Positions 8,255-17,925 of a stretch of DNA of 52,116 nt are shown piece after piece. Position 1 is the stretch's first letter; the number at the start of each line of letters is the position of its first letter. The notes beneath the pieces are model-generated. The model did no database searches and was not told the origin of the DNA. It saw only the letters and a list, made by a program, of their open reading frames with translations. A program made the position numbers and the translations under genes. The stretch lies in the NCBI GenBank assembly GCA_001587675.1, contig LNGD01000001.1, positions 1-52,116 on the forward strand. Reading direction: 5' to 3'. The stretch is from Candidatus Methanofastidiosum methylothiophilum (lineage in GTDB: Archaea; Methanobacteriota_B; Thermococci; Methanofastidiosales; Methanofastidiosaceae).

Positions 8255-9439
8255 CTACTTTGCTTTCATAAATTCTTCAAGCCTTGTAAATGCATCTTCC
8301 ATAACTTCTATTGTGGGTAAAAATACTGACCTAAAATGATCTTTTCCATAAACTGGACAAAATCCACTGCCGTGTACTAAAAGAACTTTTTTCATTCTTA
8401 AGAACTCATAAACAAATTCTTTGTCATCCTTCCATCTTTTTTCTAATTCTACCTTTGGAAATATATATAGGCCGCCCATTGGTTTTGTGGTACTTATCCC
8501 TGGGATCTCATTTAGTCGCTTGTATGCAAATTCACTCCTTTCTTTTAATTTTGAAACCATTTCCACGACATATTTTTCACAGCTCTTGTAAGCTTCAATT
8601 GCACCTACTTGGCAGATTGAATTTGCAGCTATTCTAGCGCGAAGTTCTTTCATTATTCCTTCTTTTATCTCAAATAGTGTATCCCAGTTGTAAAATGCCA
8701 TATATCCCACTCTCCAACCAGGTGCTAAATATATCTTAGAAATTCCATTAAACGTAAGTATTGGGACTTCATCGGTCATTGAAGCCGGGCTTACAAAGGA
8801 GTTATTAAATGATATTCGATCGTATATTTCATCAGATATTATAAATAAGTCGTAATCTATTGCAATGTCAAGAATTTCTTCAAGACATTTTTTTTTGTAC
8901 ATTGCACCTGTTGGATTGTTTGGATTTATTAAAACTATACATTTTGTATTGTTTGTAATCTTTGATTTAAGATCTTCGACATCGATATTCCAATTTTCAC
9001 TTTCTATAGTTCTGTATGTTATGGGATTTGCACCAAAAAAAGTTGCATATGATGTATAAGTTGGGTATCCTGGACCAGGAACTAAAACTTCATCACCGGG
9101 TTCAAGAGTCGCCCCAAAAACAAGTTGTACACCTTCTGTTACGCCTGAAGTTATAACTACATCTTCAAAATATATCTTACCATTATTCTTTGATTCTCTC
9201 TCGGCAATAATTTTCCTTAGTTCTGGATTTCCCAATGAATCTTCGTAACCGTTAAAATTAGTTTTAGCCGCATTGATAATAGCATCAACCATAGGTTCAG
9301 GAGTATTAAAGTCAAATTTTAATGGGTCTCCAATATTCAATTTTAGAATTTGATCTCCCTTGGACTCAAGTTTTCTCGCATATTCTACAACATCTCGAAT
9401 TGCATAGCTTATTGTCGATGACCTTTCTGAAACGTTCAA
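8255..9439 (-). CDS. Class I/II PLP-dependent aminotransferase (alanine/aspartate aminotransferase-like)
   Basis: NPNNPTGA and SKIYLAPGWRVGY (PLP lysine) motifs. The track start is GTG 9448, but that GTG lies inside GGTGAT, so the in-frame TTG at 9439 four nt downstream is the more likely start. Confidence 0.85.
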   Translation of the reverse strand: MNVSERSSTISYAIRDVVEYARKLESKGDQILKLNIGDPLKFDFNTPEPMVDAIINAAKTNFNGYEDSLGNPELRKIIAERESKNNGKIYFEDVVITSGVTEGVQLVFGATLEPGDEVLVPGPGYPTYTSYATFFGANPITYRTIESENWNIDVEDLKSKITNNTKCIVLINPNNPTGAMYKKKCLEEILDIAIDYDLFIISDEIYDRISFNNSFVSPASMTDEVPILTFNGISKIYLAPGWRVGYMAFYNWDTLFEIKEGIMKELRARIAANSICQVGAIEAYKSCEKYVVEMVSKLKERSEFAYKRLNEIPGISTTKPMGGLYIFPKVELEKRWKDDKEFVYEFLRMKKVLLVHGSGFCPVYGKDHFRSVFLPTIEVMEDAFTRLEEFMKAK

Positions 9440-9580
9440 TGATATCACCTTATCTATCCAGCTATTGAAGTTTAATTCATGAGTATTTAAATTTATCTAT
9501 GATATTAGAACATAATACTAAAAAATAAATAAAATTGTAGAATTTGTTCTATAATATCTATTATATTAAAATAATGTAGT

Positions 9581-10204
9581 TTACTTAGGTATAAACAAAT
9601 AAATATAGTATACTCCTATAAGAATAAGCAGCACCCCACTGATTTTGTCCAATAGTTTTGAATACTTTTTAATGAATTCTTCAACTTTATTGAGTCCAAA
9701 AATTGAAGCTATAATTATTAATGGTGCCCCTACCATAAATGAGTAAATTAAAAGAGAAATTACTCCTATTACTATATTTTTTTCTAAAGCTACTATTGAA
9801 AGCAATGATATCAATAAAGGTGCTGCTCTAGCTATTGTAATAAGCCCAAATGAAATACCATACGTATATGGTGTAGAACCATAAAATTTCTTGTCTTTTT
9901 TTACAGAGAGTATGTAACTAATTTTTATTAATCTTAATAGTATTAAACCTATAACTATTGACAATACCCCTCCAAATAAAAATCCCAATTTAGTATCGGA
10001 ACTTAATATAAAAGAGATTCCTAAATTAGCCAATAGTCCTAGTGGAACAAAAATAGTTGAAATTCCAATTGAAAAATAAATCGCGTTTAAGAAAGACTTA
10101 TCCTCAATAACTTTTGGAAAAATAGGAAGAATAAAAAAAAGATTAAGTGGACAAAAACCTGCAGTAACCCCTAAGACTATAGAGGATATAATTGTTTCAA
10201 GCAT
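9581..10204 (-). CDS. Polytopic membrane protein (DsbD_2/CcdA-like topology, no redox cysteine pair)
   Basis: 207 aa with about 6 TM segments and an N-terminal GVTAGFCPLNLFF block resembling CcdA/DsbD_2. It starts 2 nt after the ppsA stop. Confidence 0.35.
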   Translation of the reverse strand: MLETIISSIVLGVTAGFCPLNLFFILPIFPKVIEDKSFLNAIYFSIGISTIFVPLGLLANLGISFILSSDTKLGFLFGGVLSIVIGLILLRLIKISYILSVKKDKKFYGSTPYTYGISFGLITIARAAPLLISLLSIVALEKNIVIGVISLLIYSFMVGAPLIIIASIFGLNKVEEFIKKYSKLLDKISGVLLILIGVYYIYLFIPK

Positions 10205-10206
10205 TC

Positions 10207-12648
10207 TTAGATGAACCCCATCTCTTTTTCCTTTTCTCTCACATTTAATCTAGTTTTTATAACTGTATCAGGATTTAAACTGATTGAGTCTATACCACTT
10301 TCGACTAAGAAGGAAGCAAATTCTGGGAAATCAGAAGGTGCTTGTCCACAGATACCAATTTTTTTACCTTTTGATTTAACAACTTCTATGGCTTTTTTGA
10401 TTAGTCTCTTGACTGCAATGTTTCTCTCGTCATAGATACTTGATACTATTTCAGAATCTCTATCAAGACCTAATGTAAGTTGAGTCAAATCATTTGAACC
10501 AATTGAGAATCCATCAAATATTTCACAGAATTCATCTGCAGCTAGGACGTTTGAAGGTATTTCACACATTACATATATTTCAAGACCGTTTTCACGTTGT
10601 ACAAGGCCAAATTCTCTCATTGTATTAACAACTTTTCTTCCTTCAGCTGGAGTCCTACAGAAAGGTACCATTACCTTTATGTTGTTTAAACCGATTTCTT
10701 CTCTTGCTTTCTTAATAGCTTTACATTCAAGAGCAAAAGCCTTTTTGAAATTCTCATCATAGTATCTAGAAGCTCCTCTCCACCCAATCATAGGATTATG
10801 TTCTTTAGGTTCATACAGTTTTCCACCAATTAGATTCTCATATTCATTTGATTTGAAATCACTTAAACGAAGGATGACATCTTTAGGATAGAAAGCTGCT
10901 CCTATCATAGATATTCCATAAGTTAACTTGTCAACATAGAAATTAGTTTTTTCTTCGTATCCGGCAGTTTTATCTTCAATTTGCTTTACTACTTCAGCAA
11001 CTGACATATCATATCTTGATTTTTCTTTTAGTTCATCGAAGTTTACAAGTGCTAAAGGATGAATCCCTATGTAAGAATTAATAATAAACTCTTCTCTTGC
11101 TAAGCCAACACCATCGTTTGGGATTTGAGATTGCATAAAAGCTTTCTCTGGAATACCAACATTCATCATTATTTTTGTCTTGGTTTCCGGAAGTTTTTGT
11201 ATATCAATTTCTTCTATTTCATACTTTAAAATCCCATCATATACTGCCCCTACTTCTCCCTCTGCACAGCTTACGGTGATTTTTTGACCATCTGATAGAA
11301 CTTCAGTTGAATTATCTGTACCAACAATGCAAGGTATTCCCAATTCACGTGACACTATAGCAGCATGACAAGTTCTTCCTCCTCTGTTAGTTACTATGGC
11401 GCTTGCTTTTTTCATTACAGGTTCCCAATCAGGGTCGGTCATTTCTGTTACAAGAACCTCTCCTTCCCTAAAAAGAGATATTTCTTTAGGAGTTCTTATT
11501 ATATGAGTCATTCCTTGCCCAATCATGTCTCCAACTGCTTGTCCAGTGACGAGTTTCTTTCCTTTTTCTTTTAGTATATATGTTTTAATAGTGTTAAAAT
11601 CTCGTTGAGACTGTACAGTTTCAGGCCTTGCCTGAAGTATATAAAGTTCTTTGGAATTTCCATCTTTTGCCCATTCAATATCCATGGGTGAAAATTTACC
11701 TCTTTTTTTAGAATAGTGATCTTCAATAATTACAGCCCATCGTGCTAGATTCAAAACATCTTCATCTGAAATTGAAAATTTATTTCTTTCTTTTTCTTCA
11801 ACTCTTATATTTTTTGTACCTTCATTGGGATCATCTGAATAAATCATCTTTCTTTGCTTTGCCCCTAATTTTTTGCTAATGATAGATTTGTATCCTTTCT
11901 TTAAAGTAGGCTTGAACACATAAAATTCATCAGGATTAACGGTTCCTTGAACAATGTTCTCCCCAAGACCAAAGATAGAGGTAATCAAAACAACGTCTTT
12001 GAAACCCGATTCTGTATCTATAGTGAATATAACCCCACTTGAACCGTGGTCGCTTCTTACCATTTTCTGGACGCCAATTGAAAGTTTTACTGAAAAATGG
12101 TCAAATCCTTTATCGTGTCTATACGAAATAGCCCTATTAGTAAAGAGAGACGCAAAACATTTTTTACACGCTAAAATTAGTCCTTCTGCTCCTGTGATAT
12201 TTAGGAAAGTTTCTTGTTGTCCTGCAAAAGAGGCATCTGGTAAGTCTTCGGCCGTTGCAGATGATCTTACTGCTACATCAACATTTTTGCCATAAGTAGA
12301 TTCTAGTTTACCATATGCATTTACTATTTCTTTTTTTAGTTCTTCAGGAAATTCAGCTTCAATTATGGCATTCCTTATCTTTTCTCCTCTCGTTGCAAGA
12401 TTTTCATAAATGTTTGTATCAAGATCCTTTAAAATTTCTCGTATTTTTTCTTCAATTCCAGCTTCTTTTACAAAATAATCATAAGCATAAGATGTAATTG
12501 CAAATCCTTCAGGTATTTTAATCCCCTTACTTTTTAGATTGCGTATCATCTCACCAAGAGATGCATTTTTACCACCAACAAAAGGAATATCATCGATATC
12601 TATCTCTTCAAAAAATAGTATTAGTTTACCTTCCTTACCCTGAGGCAT
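10207..12648 (-). CDS. ppsA: Phosphoenolpyruvate synthase (pyruvate, water dikinase)
   Basis: 813 aa. GGRTCHAAIVSRELGIPCIVG contains the phospho-histidine swivel, and there is a C-terminal PEP-utilising block ...GFSIGSNDLTQL...GICGQAPSD. AGGTGG SD. Confidence 0.95.
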   Translation of the reverse strand: MPQGKEGKLILFFEEIDIDDIPFVGGKNASLGEMIRNLKSKGIKIPEGFAITSYAYDYFVKEAGIEEKIREILKDLDTNIYENLATRGEKIRNAIIEAEFPEELKKEIVNAYGKLESTYGKNVDVAVRSSATAEDLPDASFAGQQETFLNITGAEGLILACKKCFASLFTNRAISYRHDKGFDHFSVKLSIGVQKMVRSDHGSSGVIFTIDTESGFKDVVLITSIFGLGENIVQGTVNPDEFYVFKPTLKKGYKSIISKKLGAKQRKMIYSDDPNEGTKNIRVEEKERNKFSISDEDVLNLARWAVIIEDHYSKKRGKFSPMDIEWAKDGNSKELYILQARPETVQSQRDFNTIKTYILKEKGKKLVTGQAVGDMIGQGMTHIIRTPKEISLFREGEVLVTEMTDPDWEPVMKKASAIVTNRGGRTCHAAIVSRELGIPCIVGTDNSTEVLSDGQKITVSCAEGEVGAVYDGILKYEIEEIDIQKLPETKTKIMMNVGIPEKAFMQSQIPNDGVGLAREEFIINSYIGIHPLALVNFDELKEKSRYDMSVAEVVKQIEDKTAGYEEKTNFYVDKLTYGISMIGAAFYPKDVILRLSDFKSNEYENLIGGKLYEPKEHNPMIGWRGASRYYDENFKKAFALECKAIKKAREEIGLNNIKVMVPFCRTPAEGRKVVNTMREFGLVQRENGLEIYVMCEIPSNVLAADEFCEIFDGFSIGSNDLTQLTLGLDRDSEIVSSIYDERNIAVKRLIKKAIEVVKSKGKKIGICGQAPSDFPEFASFLVESGIDSISLNPDTVIKTRLNVREKEKEMGFI

Positions 12649-12777
12649 AATCCCACCTAGAATTAATCAATAAACAATCCTTAAATAGTTTTGGTTATCT
12701 AACTTAAATCTTCATATATGAGATAATTTTTATCAATAGTTTTAAATAAAAGAAAACTATACTTTTTTCGTGATTAT

Positions 12778-14109
12778 ATGAATTATAAGATGATATCTTT
12801 ATTAATGACTATATTATTATCTATAGGCACAATCTCTTCTGTAGCATCAGTTGAATTCAATAACAGTGTAATCTATACCGATAAATTTGACATTCTAGAA
12901 ATCCAATCTGATGATCTGAATAATGATGGCAGCAACGAGATAATTGCCTATACCGCTGGTAAAAAACTCATATGCCTTGATGATAAAGGCAATGTCAAGT
13001 GGAACGTTGAATCAAATAACTCATTTTCTATTGTAAAAATAATGGATGTTTATGGAGAATCTGAAAAAGAAATTATTGCAGGAACAGAAAATAGAGTTAT
13101 TTCAAAAAAAGAGATTTATAATGGATTATTTTATTTACTCGACTCAGAAGGAAAAGAAATAACTGTCATTCCTATCGTAGGGTCTGTATTGGATTTTGAT
13201 ATAGGGGATGTGGATTCAAACGGCACTTATGAAACTATTATAGGTGCAGATGATGGCAATGTTTACTTATTTAATCAAGAATTAACTTTTCTATGGGATT
13301 ATAAGACCAAAGGATATAACTTCAGAACTCTTATAACAGATCTTAATCAAGATGGGAAAAATGAAATCTTAGTTGTATCATTTGATAATACCTTTATACT
13401 TGATGGTCAAGGAAAACTAACAAACTCTTACAATACAAAGAATATCTTAAGAGAACTTTTTTTAGACAAGTTCAATAACATGATTCATGTTTCTAGATGG
13501 TACAGAGACGAATCTCAAGATTGGAAAGGTACTATTGTATATTCACTAAACAGGAATCTAGCTCCAATGTGGGAATTTAAAACTGAAACAGATTCTGTAG
13601 CTTCAGCATTATTTGATATAAATAACGATGGAAAAGAAGAAATCATATTGGGTGGTTCTAAAGGAGAGATAATTGTATTAGATTCTAAGGGTACATTCAT
13701 TAAAAGATTTGATTTACCTGATAGAATATTCAAAATCGGCGTTATTAAATTCGAAAATCAACCTTCTTTAGTCTTAGGATGTAAAGACAATAATCTGTAT
13801 ATTTTGAATACAAACTCTGGAATTACGGAATACACTTTGTCTACAGGAGGATGGGTAGAAACATTTTTCATCAAAGACTTGAACAACGATGGGCTAGAAG
13901 ATATTTTAGTTGGTTCAGATGATAATAAAATATACTTATTAACTCAGAAAAAAGTCGTAATTCCTTCAAATAACGACACAAATAAAACCGAAACTAAACC
14001 AATTGAAGAGCCCAAATCTGAAACAAAAAATACCCCTTTTGAAGAAGTGGGAATAATAGGGGGAACTATATTCGGAGCTATTTATCTTGCCTTTAGAAAA
14101 AGAAAGTAA
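12778..14109 (+). CDS. Surface-anchored FG-GAP/VCBS-type beta-propeller protein
   Basis: Signal peptide, then at least 6 repeats with the Ca-binding-type D-x-N-x-D-G-x-x-E-I motif (DDLNNDGSNEI, GDVDSNGTYETI, TDLNQDGKNEI, FDINNDGKEEI, KDLNNDGLEDI). These are followed by a Thr/Lys/Glu/Pro linker, a C-terminal TM segment and RKRK. Confidence 0.6.
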   Translation: MNYKMISLLMTILLSIGTISSVASVEFNNSVIYTDKFDILEIQSDDLNNDGSNEIIAYTAGKKLICLDDKGNVKWNVESNNSFSIVKIMDVYGESEKEIIAGTENRVISKKEIYNGLFYLLDSEGKEITVIPIVGSVLDFDIGDVDSNGTYETIIGADDGNVYLFNQELTFLWDYKTKGYNFRTLITDLNQDGKNEILVVSFDNTFILDGQGKLTNSYNTKNILRELFLDKFNNMIHVSRWYRDESQDWKGTIVYSLNRNLAPMWEFKTETDSVASALFDINNDGKEEIILGGSKGEIIVLDSKGTFIKRFDLPDRIFKIGVIKFENQPSLVLGCKDNNLYILNTNSGITEYTLSTGGWVETFFIKDLNNDGLEDILVGSDDNKIYLLTQKKVVIPSNNDTNKTETKPIEEPKSETKNTPFEEVGIIGGTIFGAIYLAFRKRK

Positions 14110-15630
14110 TTAATTTCTTTCTTGAATTTTTCTTTTTCTTACGTTTTTAGATATATTTTTTTTTGTTTGATTTATAGTTACTTTTTGTTTAGGGATTTTC
14201 TTTTTTGGAATATCCCTAGAGGGTAAAGTTTGCATTGATGAATAGACTATTATTGTGCCAGATATTGCTATTCCTATATAAAAGAAAATATTGATTGAGT
14301 TTTGAATAAATTTGATTCTTTCTTGTGTCAAGATGTAATTTTTTGCAATAAAAATTAAGGCTTGTGTTGGCCCTTCTCTCAAAACTGAAGTTACTTTCGA
14401 TTTAATGTTAACATCTTTCTGAAAGTTTTGAGAAAATTGTCCTGAAGAAACACCAATATTAATTATATAACTACCTGGTTCATTGTATTTAGCCTTAAAA
14501 ATTAAATCTTTTGTTTCTCCAGATTTTAGCGCACCTTTCCAAGAGCCATCAATTATACTTAATCCAGACCCTTGTAAGATTACCTCTAAATTTTCAGCAT
14601 TTGCTTTGCCTGTGTTAGCTAGAGTAAAAGGAATTTCAATAACATCTCCTTCTTCAGCTTCAAGTTTTTTTGTTACAGTAAGAGTGACATTAGGGCTATA
14701 TTCTGTGACATTAATTGATAGAGGGTGATAAACGTTTATATTTGCACTGTCAGCACCACTATCACTTAGTTCAAAAAGATAGCCATTTATTGATTTTATA
14801 GATCGTTTCTTTAGTATAAACTCTTGGTCTTGGAACTTTATTGTAGTTGAGAGATTTGAAGTGTCTATGACTTTAAAATCAGAGCCACCTATATTGAAAG
14901 ATTCTCCTTTTTTTATAGATATCTCTGATTTAGAAAGAGAATTAATGCCCGATATGGAATATACAGTAAATTTAATTCCGTTATTAGTTTTATTAAGTAC
15001 TTTAACTCTTATGTTACCGAAGGGAAGTATATCATCGGATACACCATAGAGAGTTTCTGAATCAATGTTATTTCTTACATTTACAATAAGTTTATCTTCA
15101 CTTCTATTAACTATCATTGAATAGACTTTATCTGCTTCACCGAAATATAGAGATATTGGACTTTCTATCATTTCTCCTGAATAAATTGGAGTCATTTCTC
15201 TCAAAACGTCTTTAGCCGTATATCCTAATTTAAAGTTAGCCGCTCCTTGGTCAAAATAAATTGTGATTACAAAAATTGACGTAAATTTGATATCCTCAAA
15301 CTCAATTGTCAAGGGGATTTCCCTTACCTTAATTATATTAGGAACTACGACAGTTTTTATTGTTTCATTATTGTATTTATTCTTTTGGAGAATATTAAGC
15401 TCAATAGTGTTTATACATGAACCATCAAATAAGTCTTTATCACATTTTGTTATTTCTACAAGCCTTATAGAATAATTATAAAGGTCGCCTTTTATAGTAT
15501 ATTCCTCATTTTTTTCTTGATAAAGAGGAATCATTATAGTAACTTCCTTATCCACATTTGCCCCATAGACTAGATTTATCGAACAAATAAGTATAAAGCA
15601 CGTTAAAATTGACAAAAAACGCTTGTCCAT
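14110..15630 (-). CDS. Surface protein with CARDB/COG1361-like domain, C-terminal TM and strongly basic tail
   Basis: NVTLTVTKKLEAEEGDVIEIPFTLANTGKANAENLEVIL is a CARDB-like strand pattern. I set the start at ATG 15630 (signal peptide MDKRFLSILTCFILICSINLVYG) rather than the track TTG 15675. Confidence 0.5.
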   Translation of the reverse strand: MDKRFLSILTCFILICSINLVYGANVDKEVTIMIPLYQEKNEEYTIKGDLYNYSIRLVEITKCDKDLFDGSCINTIELNILQKNKYNNETIKTVVVPNIIKVREIPLTIEFEDIKFTSIFVITIYFDQGAANFKLGYTAKDVLREMTPIYSGEMIESPISLYFGEADKVYSMIVNRSEDKLIVNVRNNIDSETLYGVSDDILPFGNIRVKVLNKTNNGIKFTVYSISGINSLSKSEISIKKGESFNIGGSDFKVIDTSNLSTTIKFQDQEFILKKRSIKSINGYLFELSDSGADSANINVYHPLSINVTEYSPNVTLTVTKKLEAEEGDVIEIPFTLANTGKANAENLEVILQGSGLSIIDGSWKGALKSGETKDLIFKAKYNEPGSYIINIGVSSGQFSQNFQKDVNIKSKVTSVLREGPTQALIFIAKNYILTQERIKFIQNSINIFFYIGIAISGTIIVYSSMQTLPSRDIPKKKIPKQKVTINQTKKNISKNVRKRKIQERN

Positions 15631-15681
15631 TGAAGATAATGTTAGAGTAAGGCTTAAAAGACTTATTATCAACACTCTTTC

Positions 15682-16797
15682 ATGGTAAAAAAGGTACTTC
15701 CTTTAGTCATTATCTCATTTTTATTAATCCCGCTATATGGGGCTGCAGACGCTGATCCAAGAGTAGACCTTGTATACCCATCACAGATTGAACCTGGCAA
15801 ACAAATTATAATAGAAGTAAAATTGAAGAATACGACTTCTGAAATGCTTTGGGATCTAGCGGCAGTTATAGAATCGAATAATATCCCCCCTGAGATTAGA
15901 GACTACATAAAAATAATAGACGGGGAAGAAAAATTTGTTGAGGATAATGATCACAGTATTAATGTGCAAGATGAAGTATCAGTTAAATTGTCAATTGAAG
16001 TTGATAAAAATGTTGAAGCTGGAACATATACCATACCATTAAAAATTAAAGGGGAAATTGGAAACTGCAGACAAGGGTGCAAACCCTATTTACTCATGAA
16101 AGACATTCAGTTTAAGATAATCAAAGAATATCCTTCTATTAAAATAGAATTATCTTCTACCCCTAGAGAAGTACTTCAAGGGCAGAGCATAGATATTCCA
16201 TTTAAAGTATCTAACTATGGTTTAGGATATGGTAACAATATTAAATTAAACGTTCCCTCAACAAATAATTTTAGTACTTCTTTGGATGTAGACTCAATAG
16301 GACTTATGAAAGCAAATGAATCAAGAAATGTAACATTAAACATAACAGCTAAAGGCGACGCCCCTTCAGGAGCTTATAAGACCGATATTATAATCGAATA
16401 TTTTGATTCATATGGAACTAAAAGAGCTGCAACTGAATCTGTCTCTTTTACTATTAAAGATTCAGCACTAGTTAAAGATGCGGAAAACTACTATTCCCAA
16501 GCAAATTCTTACTTTGAAAAAAAGAATTATTCAAAATCACTTGAATATTACCAAAAATCAAAGGAAGCTTACCAGAAACTAGGCCTGACAGAAAAAGTTA
16601 ATGAGATTGAAGCCAAGATAGAAATAGTTAATAACGCTTTAGAATCTTCGAAATCAAGTGTAGGGCCATCCATATATATTGCCTTTGGGGTATTGCTTAG
16701 TGCAGTTACAATGGAAATTGGAGTTTTACTGGGCACCTTAATGAGAAAACCCAAATCTTCTTCAAAACAGTCTTCTATTCCCAAAACTGAATATTAA
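15682..16797 (+). CDS. COG1361/CARDB-like surface protein with C-x-x-G-C-K-P motif, TPR-like helix pair and C-terminal TM
   Basis: Signal peptide, two Ig-like modules (EPGKQIIIEVKLKNTTSEMLWD...; QGQSIDIPFKVSNYGLGYGNNIKLNV), GNCRQGCKPY, then YYSQANSYFEKKNYSKSLEYYQKSKEAYQKLG (TPR-like). It is a paralog of 42750-43667. Confidence 0.5.
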   Translation: MVKKVLPLVIISFLLIPLYGAADADPRVDLVYPSQIEPGKQIIIEVKLKNTTSEMLWDLAAVIESNNIPPEIRDYIKIIDGEEKFVEDNDHSINVQDEVSVKLSIEVDKNVEAGTYTIPLKIKGEIGNCRQGCKPYLLMKDIQFKIIKEYPSIKIELSSTPREVLQGQSIDIPFKVSNYGLGYGNNIKLNVPSTNNFSTSLDVDSIGLMKANESRNVTLNITAKGDAPSGAYKTDIIIEYFDSYGTKRAATESVSFTIKDSALVKDAENYYSQANSYFEKKNYSKSLEYYQKSKEAYQKLGLTEKVNEIEAKIEIVNNALESSKSSVGPSIYIAFGVLLSAVTMEIGVLLGTLMRKPKSSSKQSSIPKTEY

Positions 16798-17840
16798 AGT
16801 GGAATGTATTCAGCGACAAGTCTTTTGTAAATTGGGTATTCTTTTATTATGCCAATTTTTATTTTTCTAGAAAAATTTGTATCTTCGGATATTTCTTCAG
16901 CAATTGCCCAATGTGTGTAAACTTTGTCATCTTCAATTTCGTACATTCTCTTTGAGATATTTATTTTATTTATTAGATATTCAACTATTTCTTCTGTATC
17001 CCCTTCTAATACTCCTTTGACAATTAAACAGTCTTCTATTTCTTCATAGTACTTTTTAGTGTTTCTAGCCCTTATTTCCCATCTTCTTCTCAGTTGGATT
17101 GCGTCTTTTAGAACAGAAGGGCAGAAATGAATAGGAATATTTGAATCCTCAAAAGTTTCTATCAATTCAAGTGAAAGTTCTTTACTACCTTTAATCATGC
17201 TTGTATCGCTATCAAATTCAAATCCTCTTTCACAAAGATTATCCCAATTAGTATCAGTGTACTCAAATTCATTTAAATTAACAAAGGAAAGGTGAGTTTT
17301 TTCAGCCGCTTGTATTATTTTTTTTATCCTTTCAAAATCCCCAGGTATAGCAGGTATCTCAATACCAAAAATAAAGTTCATATCCAGAAAAGCATCGAGC
17401 TTCTGTATTTCATCTGCATTTTTAACATGAAATCTAACTTCATCGACATAACCTTCTAATTTCTTAAGATTTAATACAGATTTATCAGTTGTTCCCGTAT
17501 ACAAATGGATATGCGCACTATTATAATTGTCTTTAATTAACTTGGAATACTCTAAGCATCTGTTTATTCTTAAAAGTGGATCTCCACCGGTCAAACTTAT
17601 TCCTTTTGAACTACATGCTTTTAATTCTTCTAAAATATCTTGGTTCCCCTCTATTTTTCTTTCATTTATATATGAAAAGTCCCTCCCCTTCTTCTCTTCT
17701 GACAATGGGCAGTAATAACAATTAACGTTGCAGACTCCAGTTACAAATAAAACTGATTTTCTACCTTTAATACATAATTTGCACCCTTTAGAAATTTTAC
17801 CTGTATGATATGAGTTAGCATCAGTTTTTTTAATGGACAT
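16794..17840 (-). CDS. Radical SAM protein (COG2108-like, PFL-activase-related)
   Basis: CNVNCYYCP is the CxxxCxxC radical SAM cluster motif, and it is preceded by CKLC. Its end overlaps the convergent gene by 4 nt. Confidence 0.8.
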   Translation of the reverse strand: MSIKKTDANSYHTGKISKGCKLCIKGRKSVLFVTGVCNVNCYYCPLSEEKKGRDFSYINERKIEGNQDILEELKACSSKGISLTGGDPLLRINRCLEYSKLIKDNYNSAHIHLYTGTTDKSVLNLKKLEGYVDEVRFHVKNADEIQKLDAFLDMNFIFGIEIPAIPGDFERIKKIIQAAEKTHLSFVNLNEFEYTDTNWDNLCERGFEFDSDTSMIKGSKELSLELIETFEDSNIPIHFCPSVLKDAIQLRRRWEIRARNTKKYYEEIEDCLIVKGVLEGDTEEIVEYLINKINISKRMYEIEDDKVYTHWAIAEEISEDTNFSRKIKIGIIKEYPIYKRLVAEYIPL

Positions 17841-17925
17841 TAAATTTTATATTGCCTATTCCCTTTAAAAGATATCTTCAAAACTTATTTAAACTAATAT
17901 ATAAAAATTGTTTAAAGGTGTACCA

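Noticed and set aside
9581-10204. Calling the membrane protein a redox-active CcdA/DsbD thiol-disulfide transporter.
   Set aside because: Only one Cys is present (FCPL) and no second conserved Cys is visible in a later TM segment, so the two-cysteine relay is absent.
14020-14109. Calling the propeller C-terminus a PGF-CTERM or PEF-CTERM archaeosortase signal.
   Set aside because: The sequence is TPFEEVG-TM-RKRK, not PGF or PEF immediately before the TM segment. I report only the general tripartite shape.
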